Notes: a model not told the origin generated them from the letters alone. Numbered from the stretch's first letter, positions 19,150 through 28,466 are shown. The stretch: DNA of 64,000 nucleotides from an uncultured Bacillales bacterium (GCA_946611235.1 CAMODE010000035.1:77-64076), one strand, 5' to 3'. Translations and numbers: made by a program.

Positions 19150-20925
19150 TTATACACTCCTTTTAAACATTTTTTCTAGTTCATAGATGGTAAAATTAAT
19201 TATTGTTGGTCTTCCGTGTGGACAATTAAAAGGATTTTTACACTCTCTTAACTGACTTATAATACTTTCCATGTCTTCTTTAGTTATTCTAGTATTTCCC
19301 TTGACACTTGCTTTACACGCCATAGTAGCCGCTAGATGATCGAGAAACTTGGCTAAGTCAAAGTGTTTTTCTTCTTCTTTGATCATTTCTAATATATTTC
19401 TAATTGTTATTTCTTCTCTTCCTTTTGTAAACCAAGTTGGATGGGATACTACCCTTAGCGAACTTTGTCCAAACTCTTCGACTTTGATATTTAATTTATC
19501 TAAGATATCAATATTATTTTTGATAATTATATAATCTTGCATAGGAAGTTCAATTACTATAGGTATAATACTATCGATAACATCGTTATTGGGGTGTGAT
19601 AGTAGATAAGAAAATTTTTCATAGTTGATTCTTTCCTGCGCTGCATGCTGGTCAATCAAATAGATTCCTTTTTCATTTTCACAGACAATATATGTTCCAT
19701 GAACTAAGCCTACTGGATATAATTCAGGTAATTTTTCTGTTGGAAGTTCTTCAATATACTCTTCTTTATCTTCGATATCTAATTCATTATTTGGTTCATA
19801 ATCAAAATTAATTAGCTTAGTAAGTCTTTCTTTATCATTACTTTCTGTGCTTTCACTTACAATATTTCTTTCCAAGTTAAGAGTTAGATTTTCGTAAATA
19901 GGCTCTGGTACTTCTTCTTTTACTTCTATTTTGGGTATAAGTAATTTAGTTTTGATAACATTTTTGATACCATTAGATATTAATTCTTTTAAATCTTCGA
20001 AATTACTAAACTTAATATCCTGCTTAGATGGATGTACATTAACATCCACGAGCGATGGATCTGTTTTTATTTTTAGTACGACAATTGGATACCTTGTATC
20101 CTCTTTATATGAAGAGTAAGAGTCATTGATTACTCTATTTAATATTTGATTTTTTATTACTCTACCATTTACTAATATGGTCATATGATTTCTCGATGAA
20201 CGATTGACTTCTGGTAGAGAAATATAGCCTGATACTTCATAGTCATCATTACTTACATTTATTTCAAGCATTTTCTTAGCGACATCTAAGCCATATATGG
20301 ATTTTATTACTTTTAATAAATTTCCTGAGCCATCAGTATTTAATAATTCTTTTTCATCATTTGTTAAGATAAATTTTATTTTAGGATAAGATAGAGCCAT
20401 TTTATTTACATATTCGGTAACATTTGCTAATTCGGCATAAACACTTGATAAATGCTTTAGTCTAGCAGGTGTGTTATAAAACATATTGGTTACCGTTATC
20501 TGGGTACCAATTCTTGCATCAGAATTTTTCTCTTCAAGGATTTTACCACCTTTAATATGAACTAAAGTACCAACTTCATTCTGACATGTTTTTAGAATTA
20601 CTTCAGAAACTGCTGCAATAGATGGAAGAGCCTCTCCTCTAAAGCCTAGGGATTTGATAGAAAACAAATCATCATCGGTATATAATTTACTAGTAGCATG
20701 TCTTTGAAAAGCTAAAACGGCATCATTGTGGTCCATTCCTATTCCATTATCGGTAACAACTATTTCTCGAAGACCTGATTCTTTTAAATCAATTTTAATA
20801 TTAGTTGCTCCAGCATCGACAGAATTTTCCACTAGTTCTTTGACTATGGATACAACTTTTTCTACTACTTCTCCAGCGGCTATTTTATTGGAAAGTAGTT
20901 CACTCATTACTCTTATTTTACTCAT
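19150..20925 (-). CDS. mutL: DNA mismatch repair endonuclease MutL
   Basis: N-terminal GHKL ATPase (IAAGEVVE, ELVENSVDAGA, DNGIGM). C-terminal DQHAAQERI endonuclease motif. Confidence 0.9.
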   Translation of the reverse strand: MSKIRVMSELLSNKIAAGEVVEKVVSIVKELVENSVDAGATNIKIDLKESGLREIVVTDNGIGMDHNDAVLAFQRHATSKLYTDDDLFSIKSLGFRGEALPSIAAVSEVILKTCQNEVGTLVHIKGGKILEEKNSDARIGTQITVTNMFYNTPARLKHLSSVYAELANVTEYVNKMALSYPKIKFILTNDEKELLNTDGSGNLLKVIKSIYGLDVAKKMLEINVSNDDYEVSGYISLPEVNRSSRNHMTILVNGRVIKNQILNRVINDSYSSYKEDTRYPIVVLKIKTDPSLVDVNVHPSKQDIKFSNFEDLKELISNGIKNVIKTKLLIPKIEVKEEVPEPIYENLTLNLERNIVSESTESNDKERLTKLINFDYEPNNELDIEDKEEYIEELPTEKLPELYPVGLVHGTYIVCENEKGIYLIDQHAAQERINYEKFSYLLSHPNNDVIDSIIPIVIELPMQDYIIIKNNIDILDKLNIKVEEFGQSSLRVVSHPTWFTKGREEITIRNILEMIKEEEKHFDLAKFLDHLAATMACKASVKGNTRITKEDMESIISQLRECKNPFNCPHGRPTIINFTIYELEKMFKRSV

Positions 20926-20927
20926 AC

Positions 20928-21815
20928 TTATACCTCAATCATCTTATATGGTTTTACTTTACCTCTTCCATCTTGTTTATAAATTGCTATTTCATTACCC
21001 TCTTTATCTATTAATAGGGATAATTCTTCTTTAAAGAAACTATCTAATACCATTCCATTTTTTACTTTCTTTAATAATTCATCATCTATTTTATTTACTT
21101 TAATATTAGGAAGAGCTTCTTTGATAGTTAGAAGCTTGTATTCATTATTTTCTATTTGTTCTAAGGAATAAGAATTATCAAGAGAAAAATTACCTTGCTT
21201 AGTTCTAATTAATTCTTTCATAGTACCATAGGTATCTAACTTATAGGCAATATCTCTTATTAGACTTCTAATATAGGTCCCTTTACTTACTTCACATTTA
21301 ATAGAAAACTCAATTGTTTGCTCCATATTTATTATATCACTAATTAATTCTAAAGAGTATATTTCTACTTCTTTAGATGGAGGAGTTATTTCTACTTTCT
21401 CTCTAGCATATTCATAGAGTTTTCTTCCTCCTACTTTAACAGCAGAGTACATTGGTACTTGTTGATTATATTTACCTATAAAGGAGTTTAATGCTTTTAT
21501 TATATCTTCTTTAGTACAATTGGGAATATTTCTTTTTATTTCTGTGCCAGTTATATCTAACATATCGGTTTCATAACCTAGTACTACTCTTGCTATGTAT
21601 TCTTTTCTTTCCGAAGTTAATAATTCAGATATCTTTAAAGCTCTACCTATTGGTACTACGAGTACACCTTCGGCGATTGGGTCTAAAGTACCAGTATGGC
21701 CTACTTTTTTGGTATTAAACTTTTTACATATAATATTTACAACATCTCTACTTGTTAAACCTTTGGGTTTATTAATTATCAATACTCCATTCATATCTAT
21801 ATAAAAGCAAAACAA
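20928..21815 (-). CDS. truB: tRNA pseudouridine(55) synthase
   Basis: GVLIINKPKGLTS and GHTGTLDPIAEGVL motifs. The likely true start is at 21794. Confidence 0.9.
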   Translation of the reverse strand: MFCFYIDMNGVLIINKPKGLTSRDVVNIICKKFNTKKVGHTGTLDPIAEGVLVVPIGRALKISELLTSERKEYIARVVLGYETDMLDITGTEIKRNIPNCTKEDIIKALNSFIGKYNQQVPMYSAVKVGGRKLYEYAREKVEITPPSKEVEIYSLELISDIINMEQTIEFSIKCEVSKGTYIRSLIRDIAYKLDTYGTMKELIRTKQGNFSLDNSYSLEQIENNEYKLLTIKEALPNIKVNKIDDELLKKVKNGMVLDSFFKEELSLLIDKEGNEIAIYKQDGRGKVKPYKMIEV

Positions 21816-21845
21816 TATTATTAATTAAAATAATATTGTTTTAAC

Positions 21846-22187
21846 TTACTCCTCCTTGTTAATATCTTCGATTATTTTTTCTATTTTATTACCATATTCA
21901 ATTGATTTATCATAGATGAAAGTTAGTTCTGGCATTTTTCTTATTTCTACCATATCAAATAGTTTGCCTCTGATAAAACCACTTGCTTTATTTAAGGCAG
22001 TATGAACTTTTTCTCTGTCTTCATCAATTAGATTTGTATAATATACTTTAGCATAAGATAAATCACTTGAGATATCTACCGCTGTTATGGTAACAAATTT
22101 TATATCTTCATCTTTTACTTCTTCCGCTACTACTTTAGATATTGCTTCAGTAAAGATGTGATTTAATCTTTCTAATTTTATACTCAT
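21846..22187 (-). CDS. rbfA: ribosome-binding factor A
   Basis: 113 aa. KH-like RbfA pattern (VTITAVDISSDLSYAKVYY). Confidence 0.85.
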   Translation of the reverse strand: MSIKLERLNHIFTEAISKVVAEEVKDEDIKFVTITAVDISSDLSYAKVYYTNLIDEDREKVHTALNKASGFIRGKLFDMVEIRKMPELTFIYDKSIEYGNKIEKIIEDINKEE

Positions 22188-22198
22188 AGTGTGGACTC

Positions 22199-22639
22199 CT
22201 ATCTTCTTATATTTTGCCTTTCTAAAAATGAATTATTATAATAAAGACTATAATTTGAATTGTTTTTTACATTTTCAGGTAATTCATCAAATAAAATATT
22301 AGAATTTCTTCCATCATTTTCGGCTATTTTTGATATAAAATCCTCTAAGTTTTCTGGGATTATTATATCATATTTTCCTGATGATAGCAAAATTGAAATG
22401 GCTAAGTTTCCTCTATCATAATATCCGTATTTATAGCTTTGTTTATCCTGTTTACTTAAACATTTACTGTCATCATAGGGTATGCCAAAAATTCTATCTT
22501 TTGTACCATCTTTTATGTATTTTCCATTTCCCCGTTTTTCTAATGCAAGTTTTGTATTTTCTGCTACTTTATCTCTTGAGTCTTGAAGTAAAATATCGTT
22601 TGCAATTATTTTACCAACTTCTTTTGAAGTATAATTCAT
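22199..22639 (-). CDS. hypothetical protein inserted between infB and rbfA
   Basis: 146-aa ORF with an 11-nt gap on each side. I recognise no motif. Confidence 0.5.
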   Translation of the reverse strand: MNYTSKEVGKIIANDILLQDSRDKVAENTKLALEKRGNGKYIKDGTKDRIFGIPYDDSKCLSKQDKQSYKYGYYDRGNLAISILLSSGKYDIIIPENLEDFISKIAENDGRNSNILFDELPENVKNNSNYSLYYNNSFLERQNIRR

Positions 22640-22650
22640 AATGTTCTCCT

Positions 22651-24774
22651 TTATTTCTTTATTTCAACTAATTCATATGCTTCAATGACATCGCCTTCTT
22701 TGATATCATTAAAGTTATCAATAGTAATTCCGCATTCTAGTCCTTGTTTTACTTCTTTTACTTGGTCTTTCTCTCTAGCAATTGAAGCAATAGTACTATC
22801 GTTTATTACGACACCATCTCTTATTATTCTTGATTTTGCGTTTCTTTTAATGACTCCTGATGTTACATAAGAGCCTGCGATTGTTCCTACTTTGGAGAAC
22901 TTAAATAGTTTTCTTACTTCAGCAGTTCCTAATATTTTTTCTTCAAACTCTGGTTCTAGTTTTCCTTTTAAAGCATCTTCCATATCCTCTACGACTTTAT
23001 AGATAATATCATAGTAACGTACTTCGATTCCTTTATCTTTAGCAGTTTCCGCTACTTTATGGTCTGGTCTTATATTAAAACCAATTATAATGGCTTTAGA
23101 AGCATCCGCTAGAATAACATCACTTTCGGATATACCACCAATCCCACTTCTTATAACATTTACTTTGATACCATCAACATCTAGTTTTAATAGTGAATTT
23201 TTAACTGCTTCTTCACTGCCTTTAACATCAGCTTTTAAGATAACGTTTATTTCTTTTTCGCCAGCTTCTACTCTATTAAATAGATCATCTAAAGATATTG
23301 CTGTTTTTGGTTTGTTTTGTCTTTCTTTCTCATTCTTTTGTCTTTGAGTAGCGATGGCTTTAGCTTTCTTTTCACTTTCAAAGGCCATAAATTTATCTCC
23401 TGCTGATGGGCTTTCAGATAATCCTGTTATGGATACTGGCATTGATGGAAGAGCTTCTACTAGGTTTTCACCTTTATCATTTTTTAGAGTTCTTACCTTA
23501 CCAGAAATATTTCCTACGACAATTGGGTCTCCTAGTCTTAATGTTCCATTTTGTACTAGAATATTTGTTACTACTCCAGAATTTTTATCTAGTTTTGATT
23601 CTATTACTGTTCCTGATGCATATCTATTTGGATTAGCTTTTAATTCTCCTAATTCACTAAGTAATAGGATTCTTTCTAATAAGTCATCAATACCCTCACC
23701 AGTTACTGCTGAGATATTAACGAACATTATGTCTCCGCCCCACTCTTCAGGTTGAAGACCATTTGCAGACATCTCCGTTAATACTTTTTCTACATTAGCA
23801 GTAGGTTTATCTATTTTATTTACTGCGACGATTATTGGTACTCCGGCAGCTTTAGCATGGTCAATGGCTTCTTTTGTCTGAGGCATTACTCCATCATCAG
23901 CTGCAACAATAATTATTACAATATCGGTAATTGATGCTCCACGTGCTCTCATCTCAGTAAAAGCTGCATGACCAGGTGTATCAATAAAGGTTAATTTCTT
24001 TCCATTATACTCAATTTGGTATGCTCCTATTGCCTGAGTAATTCCTCCTGCTTCACCAGAAGCTACATTAGTCTTTCTAATGGTATCAAGTAAGGTTGTT
24101 TTACCATGGTCAACATGTCCCATAATAGTAATTACTGGTGGTCTTTCGACTAAATCTTTTGGATCATCAATTATTTCTAACTCTTCAAAGTTTACTTCAT
24201 CACGAGATGTTTCACTTTTTAGTGTTTTATTATAGTCAGATACAATTATTTCTGCTGTATCAAAATCTAATGATGCATTAATATTAGCCATCATACCTAG
24301 TCCCATTAATTTCTTAATGATTTGTCCTACGGGCTCACCAAGACTAGAAGATAGTTCTCCAACCGTCATACCATCTTTATAAAGAATAATATTATCGCTG
24401 TCTTCAGCAACGTTTGATTGAAGTTTTTCTTTATGCTTATACATTTCTTTTCTTTTTTCTTTGAAATTATCATTATTTTGAACTATCTTTTTATTTGCTT
24501 TCTTAGATGGCTTTATTTCTTTCTTTTCATTTTCTGCGACTAATTCTAATTCTTCTTCAAAAGCTTCTTCGTCATCAGATTCTACTTCTTCGATTTCTTC
24601 TTCAGTAGTTTCCATATTTGCTATCTCATTATCTAACATAATTATATCATCATCAGATAGCATATCTTCTTCGCCAGTTACTTTAATATCAAGTTTTTTA
24701 CAAAGACTTAAAATATCTTTAACATTCTTTTGTACATCACTTGCATATTCAGATACATTCATCATATGTATCAC
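22651..24774 (-). CDS. infB: translation initiation factor IF-2
   Basis: GTPase motifs GHVDHGKTTLLD, DTPGH, NKID. Acidic N-terminal region. The likely true start is the ATG at 24765, after the AGGAGGTG RBS. Confidence 0.95.
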   Translation of the reverse strand: MIHMMNVSEYASDVQKNVKDILSLCKKLDIKVTGEEDMLSDDDIIMLDNEIANMETTEEEIEEVESDDEEAFEEELELVAENEKKEIKPSKKANKKIVQNNDNFKEKRKEMYKHKEKLQSNVAEDSDNIILYKDGMTVGELSSSLGEPVGQIIKKLMGLGMMANINASLDFDTAEIIVSDYNKTLKSETSRDEVNFEELEIIDDPKDLVERPPVITIMGHVDHGKTTLLDTIRKTNVASGEAGGITQAIGAYQIEYNGKKLTFIDTPGHAAFTEMRARGASITDIVIIIVAADDGVMPQTKEAIDHAKAAGVPIIVAVNKIDKPTANVEKVLTEMSANGLQPEEWGGDIMFVNISAVTGEGIDDLLERILLLSELGELKANPNRYASGTVIESKLDKNSGVVTNILVQNGTLRLGDPIVVGNISGKVRTLKNDKGENLVEALPSMPVSITGLSESPSAGDKFMAFESEKKAKAIATQRQKNEKERQNKPKTAISLDDLFNRVEAGEKEINVILKADVKGSEEAVKNSLLKLDVDGIKVNVIRSGIGGISESDVILADASKAIIIGFNIRPDHKVAETAKDKGIEVRYYDIIYKVVEDMEDALKGKLEPEFEEKILGTAEVRKLFKFSKVGTIAGSYVTSGVIKRNAKSRIIRDGVVINDSTIASIAREKDQVKEVKQGLECGITIDNFNDIKEGDVIEAYELVEIKK

Positions 24775-24777
24775 CTC

Positions 24778-25047
24778 CTATTGTTTTTTAATTATTTCTT
24801 CTATTTCATCATATAGAGTATCTTCTATGTGTACTTCTAGTGCTCTATCTAATATTTTTTTATCTTTAGCTAATTTTAATACTTCGAGGTCTTTCTTGAT
24901 ATAAGCACCACGACCATTTGCTTTACCTATAAGATCTATACTTACATTACCATCTTTATCCCTTACAATACGAAGTAATTCTTTTTTAGGTAATTGCTCT
25001 TTAGTTACAACACACCTTCTTAAGGGTATTTTCTTCATATTATTCAC
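24778..25047 (-). CDS. ylxR: YlxR/RnpM (DUF448) RNA-binding protein
   Basis: PLRRCVVTKEQLPKKELLRIV and GRGAYI motifs. Confidence 0.85.
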   Translation of the reverse strand: MNNMKKIPLRRCVVTKEQLPKKELLRIVRDKDGNVSIDLIGKANGRGAYIKKDLEVLKLAKDKKILDRALEVHIEDTLYDEIEEIIKKQ

Positions 25048-26170
25048 CTTCTTCGACAGTTTCTTCAGTAGTTACAGGTTCCTCAGTATAGTCTTTTTCT
25101 GGTTTAACTTCAATCTTATAATGTGTTAATCTTGAAGCTAATTTGACATTTTGTCCTTTTTTACCAATTGCTAATGATAAGTTTTCATCATCTACTAAAG
25201 CTAATGCTTCTTTTTTATTTTCATCTTTAATAGATACTTTAACATTTTTAGCAGGGCTTAGGGCATTAGCAATAAATTTAACTGGATCTTTATCATACAA
25301 TACTACATCTATTTTTTCACCATTTAACTCTTTTAATACAGCTGCTATTCTTCTTCCTTTTTCACCAATTACTGCTCCGATTGGATCAACATTAGTGTAT
25401 TCAGTATATACGGCTATTTTACTTCTAGAACCTGCTTCTCTTGCTACAGAATATAACATTACAGTGCCATCAGATAATTCTGGTATTTCGATTTCTAATA
25501 ATCTTTTGACAAAGCCATAGTGACTTCTAGAAAGCATTATGAATGGTCCTTTAGGTCCTATCTCTAATTTGGATACGTATACCTTTACTGATGAACCCAT
25601 TACTAGTTTTTCACCAGGTATGATTTGATCTTTAGGTAGGATACCGCTACTACGTCCTAAGTCAACAAAGTAATTATGTTGGTCCTCTCTTTGAAGAACT
25701 CCTACCATTAATTCTCCATCTTTATCTTTGAATTCTTCAGAAATACTTTCTTTTTCAGCTTCTTTAATTCTTTGAACCACTATTTGTTTAGCAGTACCTG
25801 CTGCTACTCTACCAAAATTACTTGGGATAGTTAGTTCATTTCCTCTTATTGTTTCTCCCACTTCAATATCATCTACTAGTTTTCTAGCATCCTCTAGTGA
25901 TATTTCTGTTTCTGGATTAGTAACTTCTTCTTCAACTACTGTTCTATTAGAGTATAATCTAATATCTCCAGTTTCAGCATCAACGCTAGCTTCAACATTA
26001 CTTATTCCTTCATTTTTCTTGTAAGCTGCTGCCATAGCTTGTTCCATTGCTTCAATAACAATCTTTTTATCTACTTTCTTTTCTTCTGCTATTGAATTTA
26101 ATGCTTTTAAGAATTCTTGCATTTGCTTCTTATTCATTTTCAATTCTTCCCTTCTCTTTAGTTGATACAT
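25040..26170 (-). CDS. nusA: transcription termination/antitermination factor NusA
   Basis: S1 and tandem KH domains are recognisable. The likely true start is the ATG at 26137 (MNKKQMQEFLKAL). Confidence 0.95.
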   Translation of the reverse strand: MYQLKRREELKMNKKQMQEFLKALNSIAEEKKVDKKIVIEAMEQAMAAAYKKNEGISNVEASVDAETGDIRLYSNRTVVEEEVTNPETEISLEDARKLVDDIEVGETIRGNELTIPSNFGRVAAGTAKQIVVQRIKEAEKESISEEFKDKDGELMVGVLQREDQHNYFVDLGRSSGILPKDQIIPGEKLVMGSSVKVYVSKLEIGPKGPFIMLSRSHYGFVKRLLEIEIPELSDGTVMLYSVAREAGSRSKIAVYTEYTNVDPIGAVIGEKGRRIAAVLKELNGEKIDVVLYDKDPVKFIANALSPAKNVKVSIKDENKKEALALVDDENLSLAIGKKGQNVKLASRLTHYKIEVKPEKDYTEEPVTTEETVEEGE

Positions 26171-26387
26171 CTAATGTATATGACTCTTCAATTAAATCTG
26201 CTTCATCTAGTAGAGGATTAATTATATTTGTTACTTCTACACATTTATCTAAGTCTATTATTTCATCTCTATCAATAACTATTCTTAAGAATAAGTTATT
26301 ATCCTCTTTTTCTAATTTAACTGAGTCGATTCTTACTCCCACTTTTTCTACTTCTTCTTCTAGTAATTTTTTGATTTTTTCTTCCAT
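26130..26387 (-). CDS. rimP: ribosome maturation factor RimP, N-terminal domain only (85 aa)
   Basis: Matches the RimP N-domain up to YTLDVS, where SPG.eRpL normally follows. It then stops, with the stop codon inside the nusA start region. Confidence 0.65.
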   Translation of the reverse strand: MEEKIKKLLEEEVEKVGVRIDSVKLEKEDNNLFLRIVIDRDEIIDLDKCVEVTNIINPLLDEADLIEESYTLDVSTKEKGRIENE

Positions 26388-26410
26388 AACTCCTCCTTTT
26401 AATATATATA

Positions 26411-26437
26411 AAAGAGTGGATTTTTATGCCACTCTTT
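26411..26437 (-). promoter_or_regulatory. terminator-like hairpin in the rimP-nusA leader (possible attenuator)
   Basis: Minus strand: aaagagtgg-cataaaaat-ccactcttt then TATATATATT, between an extended -10 (TGCTATAAT, -10 hexamer at 26452-26457) and the AAAGGAGGAG RBS. Confidence 0.4.
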
Positions 26438-26576
26438 CTCAAGACAACTATATTATAGCACATTTATTTGTAAATGTACAAGTATTTTTGTTATTTTTTT
26501 CTATTCTGTTAAACACAAATATACGCTTTTCTGCAAATATACTTTGCTTTGCTAGTATTACAATATTTATTTATGT

Positions 26577-27209
26577 TTATCTTTTTTTATTATTGCTTTC
26601 TTCTTTAGTATTAAGAATAACGATTATAGCTTTTATCTCATCTATAGTGTATGTTTCTTTATCACCATATACTGTCACTGCATAATCGTATGCAGTACCT
26701 TCTGATGTGATAGTACTAATTGCATAGGTAACATTTTTTTCATTTTCTTTGAATAAATGCTTATCAACATCATTATATTGAATAGATATAAGCTCACCAG
26801 TAATTGCATCAAAATATAAATATGTATAAGCTGGATATACACTACTTTTTGCATATTTATTGTATTTATCATAATCAGCATATTTATATTCTTTCCCTGA
26901 AAAAATAGGATCGAAATACTCATTAATTTCTGCCAAAGAAATTTTCTTTACAAAATTAAAGCTTTCTTCACCAAAGGCATTTCTAGTTTTTATAATTTTA
27001 TATTGTTGTTCAGCTAATAAGCGATAATTATTAGTTTCAATACTTTGTACTACAGTTACTGGAGTATCTCCATAATGTTTACTACAGCCTGTTAACCCTA
27101 CTAATGAAAAAGTACATGTACCTGCAAGCATTAAAGCGGCAAGTCTTTTACTAATATTAATTTTTCCTCCATTTATGTTTCTTTGAATCATTTTAAATCC
27201 CCCTCTCAA
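26577..27209 (-). CDS. putative lipoprotein
   Basis: Signal peptide with lipobox LVGLTG-C-S. Confidence 0.6.
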   Translation of the reverse strand: MRGGFKMIQRNINGGKINISKRLAALMLAGTCTFSLVGLTGCSKHYGDTPVTVVQSIETNNYRLLAEQQYKIIKTRNAFGEESFNFVKKISLAEINEYFDPIFSGKEYKYADYDKYNKYAKSSVYPAYTYLYFDAITGELISIQYNDVDKHLFKENEKNVTYAISTITSEGTAYDYAVTVYGDKETYTIDEIKAIIVILNTKEESNNKKR

Positions 27210-27256
27210 AAACGACTTTTATATTATCATAGTGTTTCATAATTGTCAAGAAAATT

Positions 27257-27337
27257 ATGTAATTATTGTTTTTTATTATGTAATTATTGTTTTTTATTAT
27301 GTAATTATTGTTTTTTATGTAATTATTGTTTTTTATT
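27257..27337. repeat. four tandem copies of ATGTAATTATTGTTTTTTATT (21, 21, 18, 21 bp)
   Basis: Read directly. Lies between the DUF1016 stop (27339) and the lipoprotein gene start (27209). Confidence 0.95.
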
Positions 27338-27338
27338 T

Positions 27339-28235
27339 TTAAACCAACTCATATTCTTTAGATAATATTCTAGGATCAGAACAATATTCCATAATAAACT
27401 TGTTATTTTTACTAGATATAATTATACCTATTGTTTTATCTTGTGTTGGTTTTCTTATAGTACTATCTATATAGTTCATATAGACTCCTATCTGACCTAT
27501 ATGTTCCTTTTTTAATTTAGTTACTTTTAATTCTATTACTATATAACAATTATATTCTATATTAAAAAGAAGAAAATCAATATAATGGTAATCACTTCCT
27601 ATCTTTATTTTATATTCACTATCTATAAAGGCAAAGCCACTTCCTAATTCTTTTAAGAAACTAGGCATATCTTCAAGTATTAGTTTATGTAATGTTTTTT
27701 CTGTAACTACTTCTATATCATTAGGATTATGAATGATAATGGGATTTTTGATAATATCTTGTACTTTAATTTCTTCCTTGGTTATTAATTTATGTTTTGT
27801 CTTTTCTGGTAATCTTTCATATTCTTTGTTTTTTATTCTTTCTCCTAATTCTCTATAGGATAATTTTTGATTTAAACACAAATTAATATAATACTCAATT
27901 TCGTAATCATCTTTTAATGGTAACAATTGGATATAGTGAGTCCATGTTAATTGGGCAATCATTGCTTGCCCTTTTTGAAATAAATAAAATTTTCTCATAT
28001 ATTTTAATGAGCGAATACTATATCCTTTGCCTAATTCTTTTGTTAACCTTTTTGAATATTCTTTAATTAAGCTATCTCCATATTTAGCTCTTTCTTCTCC
28101 ACCTTGAGCTTCGACAAGTAATTTACCAACATTATAGTAAGTATCTAAATCACTCTTATTTTTACTATAATCTTTTACTTTCTTAGTTACTTCATTATTT
28201 ATTAATTCATTTTTTATTTCATTATAATAGTTCAT
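27339..28235 (-). CDS. DUF1016 / YhcG-family PD-(D/E)xK nuclease-like protein
   Basis: N-terminal YYNVGKLLVEAQGGEERAKYGDSLIKEYSKRLTKELGKGYS..L..MRKFY and C-terminal IDFLLFN...IVIELKVTKL nuclease core. Confidence 0.7.
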   Translation of the reverse strand: MNYYNEIKNELINNEVTKKVKDYSKNKSDLDTYYNVGKLLVEAQGGEERAKYGDSLIKEYSKRLTKELGKGYSIRSLKYMRKFYLFQKGQAMIAQLTWTHYIQLLPLKDDYEIEYYINLCLNQKLSYRELGERIKNKEYERLPEKTKHKLITKEEIKVQDIIKNPIIIHNPNDIEVVTEKTLHKLILEDMPSFLKELGSGFAFIDSEYKIKIGSDYHYIDFLLFNIEYNCYIVIELKVTKLKKEHIGQIGVYMNYIDSTIRKPTQDKTIGIIISSKNNKFIMEYCSDPRILSKEYELV

Positions 28236-28361
28236 TTTATGTTCCTTTCTTTTTTAAGTTTTTTATAATATTATTATTAAATATGAATATACTACTATTG
28301 ATATGATGATAATTGTTTATATATATTGACAAAATATATATCATTATGTTATTATTGTATT

Positions 28362-28466
28362 ACCGAAGAGCGATGCTCTTGACAGGTCTATAACTGATGT
28401 ATGATTTATGATTTAGTGCTTTGCACCATCTCAGTTAGAGAGGGAAACTTATGTTTCTCTTTTTTT
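28362..28466 (+). ncRNA. candidate about 100-nt structured small RNA (unknown class)
   Basis: TTGACA (28326-28331), 18 nt, TGtTATTAT (-10 hexamer at 28350-28355). Hairpin 28366-28380. Long stem 28387-28397 / 28431-28441 (10 of 11 bp) enclosing a small hairpin. Terminator agggaaac-ttat-gtttctct + T6 (28441-28466). No plus-strand ORF downstream. Confidence 0.3.

Noticed and set aside
26092-26685. 197-aa plus-strand ORF spanning the rimP region, and many other ORF-track entries antisense to or nested in long genes. Examples: 1862-2074, 5317-5604, 5920-6171, 6748-6972, 7201-7475, 9583-9768, 13862-14215, 15084-15293, 19349-19534, 19931-20119, 20726-21034, 21595-21804, 22381-22641, 22685-23755, 25143-25520, 26675-26923, 30469-30666, 31007-31291, 39757-39957, 44121-44309, 47194-47845, 50319-50516, 50984-51361, 57718-58053, 58594-58803, 59223-59411, 61547-61765, 62406-63524.
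   Set aside because: They are shadow ORFs on the complement of well-supported genes. Their translations are low-complexity (Ser/Leu/Phe/Ile-rich). They lack RBS support and are explained by the codon bias of the opposite strand.
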